Counted from the first letter of the stretch, positions 8,793 through 19,190 are shown. The stretch: 35,407 nt of DNA from Nitrosopumilus sp. (GCA_036013185.1 DASCQR010000040.1:1-35407); one strand, 5' to 3'. Notes: a model not told the origin generated them from the sequence alone. Numbers and translations are program-made.

Positions 8793-9686
8793 ATGCTTAC
8801 AGTATTTGGTTCAACAGCATTAGATACAATAAGAACTCCAACCAAAACTCTAAAAAATGTTTTAGGAGGAGCTGCAACGTATGCAGCAATTTCGTCAAGT
8901 AATTTTGTAAAAACAGGATTAATTGCAGTAGTTGGTGATGATTTTTCAAGAAAAAATCACAATATTTTATCAAAATATCTAGATTTACAAGGACTAGCCA
9001 TAAACAAAGGTAAAACATTTCGCTATGATGGAAAATATGATAATACACTTAGTACAAGATCCACTCTAAAAACAGAATTAAACGTACTTGAAAATTTTAA
9101 ACCGATAGTGCCAGAAGAATATAAAAAATCACAATTTGTTTATCTTGCAAATAACGATCCAGAACAAAATACTAAATTAATTAAAGAATTTGATAATGTA
9201 AAATTTTCAATGTGTGATACAATAGATTTTTGGATATCGACAAAAAGAGATGCAGTGATTAAAATGATAAAAAATGTCGATGCAGTGGTAATTAATGATG
9301 AAGAAGCCAAACTTCTAACAAAAGAGCATAATTTAATCAAATGTGCAAAAAAAATGAAAAAATGGGGTGCAAAATACATCATTATCAAAAAAGGTGAACA
9401 TGGTTCTATGATGTTTTTTGATGACGTAGTTTTTCCTACTGCAGGATTTTCATTAGAAAATGTTGTAGATCCTACTGGTGCAGGCGATTCGTTTGCTGGT
9501 GCAATGATTGGATATTTAGCTAGTAAAAAGAGTACAAAAATATCAGAAATAAAAAAGGCTGTAGTTTATGGAAATGTGTTAGGTTCATTTGCTGTTGAAA
9601 AATATGGTCTTGATGGATTACTAAAAATAAAAAATGGTGATATTTCAAAACGTTTGAAAACATATGAAAAAATGATTCAATTCTAA
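8793..9686 (+). CDS. PfkB-family carbohydrate/nucleoside kinase
   Basis: GGAA, VGDD, NDEEA, KKGEHG and DPTGAGDSF signatures. Confidence 0.92.
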   Translation: MLTVFGSTALDTIRTPTKTLKNVLGGAATYAAISSSNFVKTGLIAVVGDDFSRKNHNILSKYLDLQGLAINKGKTFRYDGKYDNTLSTRSTLKTELNVLENFKPIVPEEYKKSQFVYLANNDPEQNTKLIKEFDNVKFSMCDTIDFWISTKRDAVIKMIKNVDAVVINDEEAKLLTKEHNLIKCAKKMKKWGAKYIIIKKGEHGSMMFFDDVVFPTAGFSLENVVDPTGAGDSFAGAMIGYLASKKSTKISEIKKAVVYGNVLGSFAVEKYGLDGLLKIKNGDISKRLKTYEKMIQF

Positions 9687-9724
9687 AAAGATTTAAGTCA
9701 AATTATTTTTTAAATAAAATTAGA

Positions 9725-10069
9725 TTGTCTGAAAAAATAGAGGATAGATTAGATGAAATTTTTAAACTTCAAAAAGGTCTATCTGAAATCATGAAATTAG
9801 ATAGATATCCAAAAGATGCTGAAAGTAGAGTTTCTGCTCTATCTACTGCAATTATGCATGAAGCTGTTGAATTACAAAGAACAACAAATTGGAAATGGTG
9901 GAAAACACCTACAGAATTTAATCAAAATGAGGCTAGAGAAGAATTGATTGACATATGGCATTTTGTTGTTCAGGCTTCATTAGAATTAAAATTGACTCCA
10001 GATGATATTTTAGACGAATATAAAAGAAAAAACCAAATTAATCATGAAAGACAAAAAAATGGTTACTAG
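9725..10069 (+). CDS. All-alpha (dimeric) dUTPase-like NTP pyrophosphatase
   Basis: EAVEL...WKWWK...EELIDIWHF...Y..KN..N..RQ..GY motif set. Confidence 0.85.
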   Translation: MSEKIEDRLDEIFKLQKGLSEIMKLDRYPKDAESRVSALSTAIMHEAVELQRTTNWKWWKTPTEFNQNEAREELIDIWHFVVQASLELKLTPDDILDEYKRKNQINHERQKNGY

Positions 10070-10074
10070 TTAAT

Positions 10075-11160
10075 TCAAAGAATTTCAGAAATTATTTTTG
10101 CAATTAATTCAATATTTTTTGAAGTAACTTTTGGGTGAATTGGGAAAGAAATAACATTTGATGCTGCCCAATCAGTAACAGGTAATTTTGATTTTGATTT
10201 GTAAAATGGTGTTTTATGAATAGGAGTCGGATAATATGATGCTGCGCCTATTCCTTTTTCATTAAGTTTTTTCAAAAGTAGATTACGTTTTGGTGTAGTT
10301 GACGTATAAAGATACCAATTCACTTTCTCATTTTTTCTTTGTATTGGCAAATTTAGTTTTGATTTTGAAAGTAATTCTGATAAAAGTTCTGCATTTTTTT
10401 GTCTAATTTTCAAAAATTTTGGTAATTTTTTCATTTGGATTTTTGCAATTCCAGCACTTATTTCTGGTAACCGTAAGTTAAGACCTAATATTCTAGTATC
10501 ATATCCTTTTATCATTCCGTGATTTCTTATCATTAATAATTTATCTCTGAGTTTTTTATTGTTTGTTACAATAAATCCACCTTCACCAGCAGTCATAACT
10601 TTTGCAGGATACATACTAAAACATCCCATTTCAAAAAATGTTCCTGTGTGTTTATTTTTAAAAGTTGAACCCAGTGATTGAGCTGAGTCTTCAATAATTG
10701 GTAGATTGAATTTTTTTGCAATTTCAGAAATTTTATCTAAATAAGCAACATTTCCATAAAGATGCACAGGAATAATTGCTTTAGTATTTTTTGTAATTTT
10801 CTTCTTAAGATCATTAGGATCCATTGTAAAATTATTTTTTAAAATATCAACAAAAACTGGTTTTGCACCAGTTGACAATACAGAATTTGCAGTTGCGACA
10901 AAAGTAAAAGATGGAATTAAAACTTCATCACCATGTTTGATGTCTAAAGCATATAGTGCTGCTTGTAATGCTGCAGTGCCAGAATTTACTGCAATAGTAT
11001 ATTTTGCATTTACAAATGAAGAGACTGATTTTTCAAAATCTTGAACGTATTTTCCACCTTGATTTGCAGCTGAAGTTAATGCACCATTTTTAAGAATGGA
11101 TGAAACTAATGAAATTTCTTCTTTACCTACAAGAGGAATATTTATGGGTATATTCAACAC
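10075..11160 (-). CDS. DegT/DnrJ/EryC1/StrS-family PLP aminotransferase
   Basis: NSGTAAL, TFVAT, PVHLYG, EDSAQ and FSMYPAKVMTAGEGG motifs. Confidence 0.93.
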   Translation of the reverse strand: MLNIPINIPLVGKEEISLVSSILKNGALTSAANQGGKYVQDFEKSVSSFVNAKYTIAVNSGTAALQAALYALDIKHGDEVLIPSFTFVATANSVLSTGAKPVFVDILKNNFTMDPNDLKKKITKNTKAIIPVHLYGNVAYLDKISEIAKKFNLPIIEDSAQSLGSTFKNKHTGTFFEMGCFSMYPAKVMTAGEGGFIVTNNKKLRDKLLMIRNHGMIKGYDTRILGLNLRLPEISAGIAKIQMKKLPKFLKIRQKNAELLSELLSKSKLNLPIQRKNEKVNWYLYTSTTPKRNLLLKKLNEKGIGAASYYPTPIHKTPFYKSKSKLPVTDWAASNVISFPIHPKVTSKNIELIAKIISEIL

Positions 11161-11224
11161 TTAATCTCATAATTACTACTCTATAAATCTCGTTTACTAG
11201 GTATGAATTTTTATATTTCGCAAT

Positions 11225-11809
11225 TTGGCAAATCATAGAATGAAGCCAAGACATTTAGAAAAAACTGATACTGGTTACAAAGTCTATTTGTATATTTTCT
11301 ATATCTGTGGAGCTATAATGGTTTCAACATTAATTTTTGGTGTCTATGCTACAGTACTAGAATGGTTAGAAAATGGAACATATGTTATGGGAGAAGTAAT
11401 TCACAATACAACTATTCCATTTGAAAATTTTGCTAGAGTTTCAACTTGGATTTTCTTTTCAACAATAATTGGATGGTATTGTGTAACCAGAATTGGTTGG
11501 AGACGAACTGCAGGCAATAAAATAGTTGGAACAAAAATGGCTTTACTTCAATTAATGTTACTTGGATTTACAATTATTACTTTTTATGAAGTTTTATACA
11601 ATTTTACAGTTTTGAATGCACAAATAACAGCAGGAATAGTTAATGGAGTGGTGCCAGATATAGATAAGCTTTCAGTTGCTTATCCAGATCCTGATAGACC
11701 ATGGAATTTAGTTTTTGCGACAAAAGTTTTTCTTGCAGCATTCATTATCAGTGCACATGCATTTTATCTTAGTGTAAAACCCAGAAAAAGCTTAAGCGAT
11801 GATGAATAG
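11225..11809 (+). CDS. Four-TM hypothetical membrane protein
   Basis: Four hydrophobic segments; YEVLYNF and YP.P..PWNLVFATK loop. Confidence 0.7.
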   Translation: MANHRMKPRHLEKTDTGYKVYLYIFYICGAIMVSTLIFGVYATVLEWLENGTYVMGEVIHNTTIPFENFARVSTWIFFSTIIGWYCVTRIGWRRTAGNKIVGTKMALLQLMLLGFTIITFYEVLYNFTVLNAQITAGIVNGVVPDIDKLSVAYPDPDRPWNLVFATKVFLAAFIISAHAFYLSVKPRKSLSDDE

Positions 11810-11870
11810 AACATAAAATTGTAATATATTTTAAAATTATTTTTTTATACTACAGATTATATTATTTATC

Positions 11871-12059
11871 ATGGGATTTTTTGGATCGTCTAAAAATGAT
11901 TTAAAATGTAAGAAATGTGGAACAATATTATCAGATAGTGAAAAATTGAAAAAACATCAAGAAAAAGCCCATAATAAAAAAAAGGAAAAATGTAGAATTT
12001 GTGGAACTGAATTTGATTATAGTGAAGAATTAAGAAAACATAAAAAAAATTGTAAATGA
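11871..12059 (+). CDS. Tandem C2H2/C2HC zinc-finger protein
   Basis: CKKC-x12-H-x4-H followed by CRIC-x12-H-x3-C. Confidence 0.82.
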   Translation: MGFFGSSKNDLKCKKCGTILSDSEKLKKHQEKAHNKKKEKCRICGTEFDYSEELRKHKKNCK

Positions 12060-12079
12060 GAATTTTGAAATTTGGTGAA

Positions 12080-12271
12080 TTAAGATTTTACAGGTCTTAG
12101 AAGTGATTTTTCAATTGCTTCAAGATTTGCAATTTGGTTTTTAGAATTTAAAGTGAGAACCTGAATCATTTCTGAGCCTAATTGAACAGATTGTTCAGGT
12201 AGTGTTTCTAAAAATTTTTGTAATCCTTTTTTATAATTATTAATTAATTCTAATCCTTCTTCAAGTGTCAT
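12080..12271 (-). CDS. Small helical hypothetical protein
   Basis: 63-aa ORF filling the gap between genes; amphipathic helices. Confidence 0.65.
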   Translation of the reverse strand: MTLEEGLELINNYKKGLQKFLETLPEQSVQLGSEMIQVLTLNSKNQIANLEAIEKSLLRPVKS

Positions 12272-12364
12272 GAAAACAGTAGAATTTTACCCATATTCAA
12301 AGATTCTAACTTCTGAATTATTTTAAATAACTTTATAGGCTTAGATTTTAAAAGTTGTTTTGAT

Positions 12365-13414
12365 TTGAATACTTTTGAAAAAATAAATTTGATTAAAAAC
12401 TCTCCAACAACAGATGAAATTGTTACTGAAGAGGAGTTAACTAAATTATTTGATGAAAAGCCTTCACCAAATCATTACATCGGTTTAGAAATTTCTGGTT
12501 TTTTACATCTTGGTAGTTTAATCAGTACTGGTTTCAAAATTAATGATTTTATTAAAACTGGAGTAAATTGTACAATTTTTCTTGCAGATTGGCACACAGT
12601 TATCAACGATAAACTAGGTGGTGATTGGGATATAATTTCTAAAGTTTCAAAATATTATCAAGATGCTTTCAAATTAGTTTGTCCAGATGCGAAAATTGTT
12701 TTAGGTTCAGAGTTATATGAAAAAAATCCAAAATACTGGTCAGATCTTGTAAAATTTACAAAACATATGTCATTGAAAAGAACAATGAGAACTCTAACAA
12801 TTATGGGACGTTCAGAAAGTGATGAAAAAATTGATGTTGCCAGATTACTTTATCCCGCAATGCAAGCAGTTGACATTCATTATTTGGACGTAGATATAGC
12901 ACATGCTGGAATGGATCAAAGAAAAATACACATGCTAGTTAGAGAAATTTTTCCTAAAATGAAATGGAAAGTTCCAGTTTCTGTTCATCATAAATTACTT
13001 CCAGGATTAAAAAAACAAGCAGATGAAGAATTTGGAGGTGAACTTAGTAAAATGAGTAAATCAGATCCAAATTCAGGCATATTTATCCACAACACAGATG
13101 ATGAAATTAGGAAAAAAATCAATAAAGCATGGTGTGATGAAGGAGTTATAAAAAATAATCCCATACTAGCAATTGCTGAAACAGTAATTTTTCATGAATT
13201 TAATGAAATGAATATTGAGAGACCGGATAAATTTGGAGGTAATGTATCATATTCAAATTATAAAGATTTGGAAAATGATTTTGAAAAAGGAAAAATACAT
13301 CCAGGAGATTTAAAACAAACAGTAGGAAATTATCTTGTAAAAATTATATCTCCAATTAGAGAAAAACTAAATCTTAGTGAAGAAATATCTGAAGCAATAA
13401 AGAAAAGTTTCTAA
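12365..13414 (+). CDS. tyrS: Tyrosine--tRNA ligase (archaeal type)
   Basis: YIGLEISG.LHLGS, ADWH, YPAMQAVD, GMDQRK and KMSKS motifs. Confidence 0.95.
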   Translation: MNTFEKINLIKNSPTTDEIVTEEELTKLFDEKPSPNHYIGLEISGFLHLGSLISTGFKINDFIKTGVNCTIFLADWHTVINDKLGGDWDIISKVSKYYQDAFKLVCPDAKIVLGSELYEKNPKYWSDLVKFTKHMSLKRTMRTLTIMGRSESDEKIDVARLLYPAMQAVDIHYLDVDIAHAGMDQRKIHMLVREIFPKMKWKVPVSVHHKLLPGLKKQADEEFGGELSKMSKSDPNSGIFIHNTDDEIRKKINKAWCDEGVIKNNPILAIAETVIFHEFNEMNIERPDKFGGNVSYSNYKDLENDFEKGKIHPGDLKQTVGNYLVKIISPIREKLNLSEEISEAIKKSF

Positions 13415-14205
13415 ACTTTTAGATTAGAATTAGTTTGTTCTGCTAAATTATATTTTGATTTGTATCCTCTTGGATTGATCATTAAATCTTTGTAAGTATA
13501 TGTTGATGAATTACCTACAATTACAGTACTTGTCATTCCTAATTCCTCATCAAAATTTAGTAAATTTTCTAAATTTGTCATCACAATAGCTTCAGATTCT
13601 CTATATGCACTTTTAATAATTGCAACAGGTGTTGTAGGTTTCCTATATTCAAGCAGAATTTTTTGAGTATCTTGTAGTTGATGAATTCTTTTTTGACTTT
13701 TAGGATTGTAAATTACAAGTACAAAATCACCTTGTGCAGCTGATTTTACACGTTTTTGAATAATTTCCCATGGTACCATAAGATCACTCATACTAACAAC
13801 AGCAAAATCAGTCATAAGTGGTGAACCAACTATTGATGCACATGAATTGAGTGCAGATATACCGGGAATAATTTCTACTTTGAGTTCATCGGAAGGATCC
13901 CAACCTATTGTTGCAAGAGTTTCATAAATTAATCCTGCCATTCCATAAATTCCAGGATCTCCACTAGATACTAATGAAACAATTTTTCCAGATTTTGCAA
14001 GATCAATGCATTGATGTGCTCTTTCAACTTCTTGTGTCATAGCATATCGGTGAATTGTTTTCCCATCTAACAAATCTTGAATCAAATTAACATAAGTTTC
14101 GTATCCAACAATTGTATCACTTTCAGAAATAACTTCTTTAGCTCGAAATGTCATATGATCATGATGTCCAGGACCAACACCAACAATGTAGAGTTTACCA
14201 GTCAA
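13411..14205 (-). CDS. cbiH: Precorrin-3B C17-methyltransferase
   Basis: VGVGPG, VGY.TY, VSSGDPGIYGMAG, DFAVVSMSDL..PW and YNPKS motifs (CobJ/CbiH). Confidence 0.93.
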   Translation of the reverse strand: MTGKLYIVGVGPGHHDHMTFRAKEVISESDTIVGYETYVNLIQDLLDGKTIHRYAMTQEVERAHQCIDLAKSGKIVSLVSSGDPGIYGMAGLIYETLATIGWDPSDELKVEIIPGISALNSCASIVGSPLMTDFAVVSMSDLMVPWEIIQKRVKSAAQGDFVLVIYNPKSQKRIHQLQDTQKILLEYRKPTTPVAIIKSAYRESEAIVMTNLENLLNFDEELGMTSTVIVGNSSTYTYKDLMINPRGYKSKYNLAEQTNSNLKV

Positions 14206-14250
14206 TAAAAATAATTTTTTTTTAACTAATTTATCCCTTTAGTGATATTA

Positions 14251-15711
14251 TTATTGAAATGGATCAACTATTGGTGAATTAATTATGTATTCACTATTTG
14301 ATGGACGTGCTATACTAACAGTGAGTAAATCATCATTATGAAATGAATCTATATCAGATTTTGTTTGTAAAATTTGTGATGATTTAGAATCATGCCATTC
14401 AATAAGATAAATTTTTGATATTGGGTTATAATTTTCTTCATTAGATGATAAACTAAAAATTTCTGGTTGGAAACCTAAAGTGCCAGTTCCTTTGATTCCA
14501 TTTTTAAATTGGTAGTTATCAATGACTGAAGAATGAGTTAAAAGATTTGAAGATGCAGGAGAATGTACAACACCCATCAATTTTGCTGGTCCAATAGGTG
14601 TTGCATCAGTAATAATGTAATAGATTGTTTTTCCTTCAGAATCCCATGCTCTATGTGCTACAAAAGTTACAAAAAGTTCGTCTTCATTGATTTCAGTAAT
14701 TTGACCTCCAGAAAACGACATATCATTATTGATTTGTTCATTAGAACGTATCTCCATGTGGCCATCAAGCCATTTTATTTGAGGAACATTAACTACAATA
14801 TTTGTTTCATCAAATTTTATTCTACCTGATTTTTCAGCATTAATTACTTCAGAGGCTGATTCAAAAATAATTTTTTTCTGACCTGATTTCCATGTGACTT
14901 CAATAACAGATCCTAATGCTGTATAATCTGATTGTTTTGGAATACTAGAAAAAATTTCATTTTGAAATCCAAAAATTCCATCTCCTTTAATTCCATTTTT
15001 AAAAACAAAAATTTTTTGTAAATTATGTTCAGGAATATTTTGAATAGATTTAGATAATTGAATATTCCATTTTTGTTTTTCTGAAATAGTTTCTACATAA
15101 TCACTATCACTAGAATCTGTGATTATGTAAAGAATTTCATTTCCATTGTGAATTCCTTTATGCATTGGAATTATAGCTGGAATATTTGCTCTTGAAAGTA
15201 ATAATGAAGAATCTTCTCTTTCAAATTCAAATTTTTGTGCAAGTACTTGAGTTGGTTGACCTCTAATCCAACCATCTACACTTACAGTTGCAGTAAATTC
15301 TTTAGAATTTGTTGAATGTAATGCAAGTCCTGCTCCAGTAAATTCAGAAGAACCTGATTTTTTTTCTGGATTTAATAAAGATAAACCATAAAATGTATTT
15401 TCATTAACAACCCAAGTGTCTTGGCCTTTTACATCATTTTGATTAATTTCATGTAAAATAGCTACTTCAACTAATTCACTAGAAGTGAATGTAACAGAAC
15501 CATCATAAATCGTTCCTTCATTTGGTGACAAAATAAGTGCCAATTGATGATTTTCATGATCTAATCCAGGATCTTGAGAAGATGTAATTGTTTGAGTAAA
15601 ATGAACTTTTTTTGTAGATCCTGCATCAACATATTGATCTGAAAAAGTTGAAACAGAAACAATACTAGCTGTAAAAATTCCAATAATCAAAATAATAATA
15701 ATTTTTTTCAA
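14251..15711 (-). CDS. Secreted/anchored protein with an internally duplicated domain
   Basis: Signal/TM at N-terminus; two copies of YIITD...FKNGIKGxG..GFQxEIFS...W...NxP. Confidence 0.75.
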   Translation of the reverse strand: MKKIIIILIIGIFTASIVSVSTFSDQYVDAGSTKKVHFTQTITSSQDPGLDHENHQLALILSPNEGTIYDGSVTFTSSELVEVAILHEINQNDVKGQDTWVVNENTFYGLSLLNPEKKSGSSEFTGAGLALHSTNSKEFTATVSVDGWIRGQPTQVLAQKFEFEREDSSLLLSRANIPAIIPMHKGIHNGNEILYIITDSSDSDYVETISEKQKWNIQLSKSIQNIPEHNLQKIFVFKNGIKGDGIFGFQNEIFSSIPKQSDYTALGSVIEVTWKSGQKKIIFESASEVINAEKSGRIKFDETNIVVNVPQIKWLDGHMEIRSNEQINNDMSFSGGQITEINEDELFVTFVAHRAWDSEGKTIYYIITDATPIGPAKLMGVVHSPASSNLLTHSSVIDNYQFKNGIKGTGTLGFQPEIFSLSSNEENYNPISKIYLIEWHDSKSSQILQTKSDIDSFHNDDLLTVSIARPSNSEYIINSPIVDPFQ

Positions 15712-15748
15712 TAATTTTGACTAATCTTATTGCTTTAAATTATTTGTC

Positions 15749-17152
15749 TTAATTGATTTTATCTAATTGAAATACATTATGTATTGCACGTACTGCTGAA
15801 TTTGTATCAGAATTTTTTACTACTAATGCAAGATTAAGTTCTGATGAACCTTGAGTAATCATGGAAACATTCACTTTATTTTGCTCAATTGCTGCAAAAA
15901 CTTTTGATGCAACACCTATTGTTCCTCTCATTCCAGAACCAATTAATGCAATTATTGACATTCCAGTAGTGACTTCTAATTTTTTAATAATTTTTCCTAA
16001 AAGATTCATTTCCAATACACTAACAGCTTTATTGAGATCAGTATTTTTTACAACTATTGTAATACTGGATTCAGAAGGATTCTGAGATATCATCATAACA
16101 TTAATTCCAGCTTTTGCTAAAGTATCAAATATTTTAGCTGCAGTTCCTGGTGTTCCAATCATACTGCCACCTCTGATATCTATTAATCCATTATTACGAA
16201 TATTACTTACACACTTTACAGTATTTTTCACAGATGCAGAAGGTGAAAATGTAACTAAAGTTCCTTCATTATTAACCAAAAATGAATTTCTGATTCTCAT
16301 AGGAATTTTTTTTGATAATAATGGTTCAAATGTTCTTGGATGGATTTGTTTTGCTCCAAATAATGCCATTTCAATTGCTTCAGTATATGAAACCTCTTTG
16401 AGTAATTTTGCATTTTTAACAATTTTTGGATCTGCTGTCATTAATCCTTCAACATCACTCATCAACCAAATTTCATTTGCTTTAATACAAGATCCAATAA
16501 TTGTTGCTGAATAATCAGAACCTCCTCTACCAAATGTAGTAGTATGTCCATGTTGATCTGCACCTGCAAATCCTCCAACTATAGGGATAATTTTTTTTGC
16601 TAATAATGCATCTATAGTTTTTGATACTCTTAATCTAGTTGTATCTATTAGTGGTTTTGATTCACCAAAATTGGAATCGGTAACAATTCCAACTTCCTTT
16701 CCAGTTAAAGAAATTGATTTTTTTGATAAATCATTTATTGCTGCAGCAATTATTTTTACAGATAATCTTTCACCAAATGAAATTAAATAATCCATAGATC
16801 TTGATGTTACTTCGCCTAACAAAACTAAACCATCTATTAATGCAAGAAGTTCTTTAAAATCATCATTTAATTTTATCAATAATTTCTTTTGGGTATCAGA
16901 TTTTTTGATTGTTTGTTTAGCCAATTGTTTGTGTCTGTTGGTAATTTTTGATACAAGTTGTTCAGCTTTTAATTTATTTTCTTTTTTAATTGATTCAGAT
17001 ATTTCAATTAAATCATCAGTAGTTCCATTTATTGCTGAACAAACTATCACAAGTTGATGTTTTTTAGATAATGTTACAACATGTTTAGCAATTGATTGAA
17101 TATCTTTAGTGTTTGATATTGAGGTTCCACCATATTTTAAAACAAGTTTCAA
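15749..17152 (-). CDS. lysC: Aspartate kinase
   Basis: KYGGTS, SFGERLS, GRGGSDYSA, DVEG.MTADP and two ACT domains. Confidence 0.95.
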   Translation of the reverse strand: MKLVLKYGGTSISNTKDIQSIAKHVVTLSKKHQLVIVCSAINGTTDDLIEISESIKKENKLKAEQLVSKITNRHKQLAKQTIKKSDTQKKLLIKLNDDFKELLALIDGLVLLGEVTSRSMDYLISFGERLSVKIIAAAINDLSKKSISLTGKEVGIVTDSNFGESKPLIDTTRLRVSKTIDALLAKKIIPIVGGFAGADQHGHTTTFGRGGSDYSATIIGSCIKANEIWLMSDVEGLMTADPKIVKNAKLLKEVSYTEAIEMALFGAKQIHPRTFEPLLSKKIPMRIRNSFLVNNEGTLVTFSPSASVKNTVKCVSNIRNNGLIDIRGGSMIGTPGTAAKIFDTLAKAGINVMMISQNPSESSITIVVKNTDLNKAVSVLEMNLLGKIIKKLEVTTGMSIIALIGSGMRGTIGVASKVFAAIEQNKVNVSMITQGSSELNLALVVKNSDTNSAVRAIHNVFQLDKIN

Positions 17153-17187
17153 GTTAAACTAATTGAATAATTTTATCTTTAAATGCT

Positions 17188-17934
17188 TTAACTTTCTACG
17201 CGTGGAGCAAGATAAAAGTGAATTCTACCTATATTGGCAACTTTAAACTCTATTCTAAGTGGCTTTGCGCTTGAGAATTCACATGTGATAAGTCCAGCAT
17301 TACTACCGACTGCTTTAACCACTGGATTGAGATATTCAAGGCTGTAAGTTCCAGTACTGTCTGATTTTGAAGAAATTTCTTCAATATCTTCTGCATCTTT
17401 ATCAAGATCAATAATCACTTCTCCAGAATCGCCTTTCCCAGAAAAATCTCCTTTAGATTCAGAGGTATTAATTGTCAAGTAATCAGAAACAACTTGCACA
17501 TCACCAAGAATTTTGTCAAATTTTGATGATGTTAAAATAATTTTTGAATCATATGGGATTTTTGGTAATGGTGTATCAGTTGCAGAACTTTCGATGAGGC
17601 GTATTTTGTATTTTTTATTTTTCCCAACCGTAACTAGTAACATATTTTCTTCAGAAATACTGATTTCAATGCTATCTTTTTTATCTGCACGTTTGATAAG
17701 TTTTGAAAATTCATCGATTCTAACTCCAAATTTGATATCACTATCACATTCATATTTTTCAAATGCTGAATTGGGCCAGGATATATCAATTAGAGCAACA
17801 TGAGATGGATCCATCCCTCGAAAAGTAATTCCTTCTGCTGTTGCAACAAAAGTTGCTTCTTCAACTAAAGTAGAGATTGCAGATATGATAGCTTTTAGAT
17901 CATCTGAACCGTTTGTTTTAGCTCCGAAAGTCAA
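17188..17934 (-). CDS. pcn: DNA polymerase sliding clamp PCNA
   Basis: GMDPSHVAL, YSLEYL and C-terminal FYLAPR. Confidence 0.97.
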   Translation of the reverse strand: MTFGAKTNGSDDLKAIISAISTLVEEATFVATAEGITFRGMDPSHVALIDISWPNSAFEKYECDSDIKFGVRIDEFSKLIKRADKKDSIEISISEENMLLVTVGKNKKYKIRLIESSATDTPLPKIPYDSKIILTSSKFDKILGDVQVVSDYLTINTSESKGDFSGKGDSGEVIIDLDKDAEDIEEISSKSDSTGTYSLEYLNPVVKAVGSNAGLITCEFSSAKPLRIEFKVANIGRIHFYLAPRVES

Positions 17935-17968
17935 TTTAATTTTCTTGATTACAACTTCCAGTTAAACC

Positions 17969-18295
17969 TTATGTGTAATCGCGCCAAGTATATTTACATT
18001 TTTGACAACGATAAAATCTAGTAGTTGGTTCATCAGCACTTCTAGTTTGAAACATCCAGCCAACCGCTTCATCATGACCACATTTTTCACAATCAATTTT
18101 TACTGTTGGATGAGATTCTTCACCTTCATTTCCTTCAAAAGCTAATAATGAGAAATCAGGTTCTTCTTCAGAAACAATTTTTTTCTTTTGTGTTATTTTT
18201 TCTCCTTTTTCAATATAATCACATTCTTCATTAGAACATTCAAGATCAGAATCACCTTTTTTTAGTTTAGAATCACATTTGGGGCAAAATTTCAA
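17969..18295 (-). CDS. tfs: Transcription factor S (TFS)
   Basis: FCPKC ribbon and C-terminal CEKC...QTRSADEP.TRFYRC..C...W. Confidence 0.94.
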   Translation of the reverse strand: MKFCPKCDSKLKKGDSDLECSNEECDYIEKGEKITQKKKIVSEEEPDFSLLAFEGNEGEESHPTVKIDCEKCGHDEAVGWMFQTRSADEPTTRFYRCQKCKYTWRDYT

Positions 18296-18301
18296 TGTGA
18301 A

Positions 18302-18574
18302 TTACCTTAATTTTGAAGTAAATAATTCTTTGAATTCTTCACCCATTTTTATTGCAGATTCTGCTGATTTTTTAATTTCAGTTAATGGTTTGGAACTAGA
18401 ATTTATTCTCATCCAACATTCATTTGTTAATGGGTGCTTAACAATTACACCTGCAAAATCAACATTTGAAGCCTTAAGAAGTTCATGTTGGATAATGTAT
18501 AATACACCAATATCGGTTTCTGTGACAGAAATACTGATTTCTTTAGGTTCTGAATTGATAACTTCTGCATTCAT
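18302..18574 (-). CDS. rpoL: RNA polymerase subunit Rpo11 (L)
   Basis: V.FAG....HPL motif and position directly upstream of tfs-pcn. Confidence 0.88.
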   Translation of the reverse strand: MNAEVINSEPKEISISVTETDIGVLYIIQHELLKASNVDFAGVIVKHPLTNECWMRINSSSKPLTEIKKSAESAIKMGEEFKELFTSKLR

Positions 18575-18623
18575 GTATTCAGAAAAAGCACATATTATGG
18601 ATATAAATCATATGAACCGTAGT

Positions 18624-19160
18624 ATGACAGAAAGCAAAATTTCGCAGATAACACTTGTAAAATCTAAAGAGGATTACTCCTCAGATGAAAATATTGAGAT
18701 AAATGTTGAATTTTCGATCGAAGGAGGCCTTAGAAATGCATTCAATGAAGAAAATTGGACAAAGGCGTACAATAACAATGATGTTTCAATGAAACTCAAA
18801 TATGGTGTAAAATTGACATCTGGAGGTTTGAGAAAAAAGGAATTAGGAAGAACTATTGATTCATATCGTAAGGCTGCAATTTTTTGGACAAGAAATCCAA
18901 AATTAGTTAATCCAATGAAGGATACAAGAATTTGGGTTCAAATAGCAAAAAACTTTGAACCTTTTATCAGACTTTCTGAAGAAGAAGTCAGAGAAGAATT
19001 CTTAGACTTTAATGAAAAATTTGTATTCAAAGCATCTGATTTAGGAAAAGGCAAACATAAGATAGGAGCTGAAGTTTTTTCATCATGGCAAAAACATGAT
19101 TATACTGAACCTGGAAATATCAAAAATAATTCTAATGAAATTGAAATTACAATCAATTAG
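18624..19160 (+). CDS. Hypothetical protein, 178 aa (Ig-like beta sandwich with insertion)
   Basis: Start moved to ATG 18624 (MTESK) because the track's longer ORF overlaps rpoL on the other strand. Confidence 0.72.
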   Translation: MTESKISQITLVKSKEDYSSDENIEINVEFSIEGGLRNAFNEENWTKAYNNNDVSMKLKYGVKLTSGGLRKKELGRTIDSYRKAAIFWTRNPKLVNPMKDTRIWVQIAKNFEPFIRLSEEEVREEFLDFNEKFVFKASDLGKGKHKIGAEVFSSWQKHDYTEPGNIKNNSNEIEITIN

Positions 19161-19190
19161 GATATAAGGAACATTTTTCTTGAATAAATA

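Noticed and set aside
10075-11160. DegT aminotransferase as marker of a glycosylation island
   Set aside because: No glycosyltransferases, epimerases or flippase nearby; it appears stand-alone.
18279-18623. N-terminal extension of the 293-aa ORF
   Set aside because: It is the antisense of rpoL; ATG 18624 gives a normal divergent arrangement.
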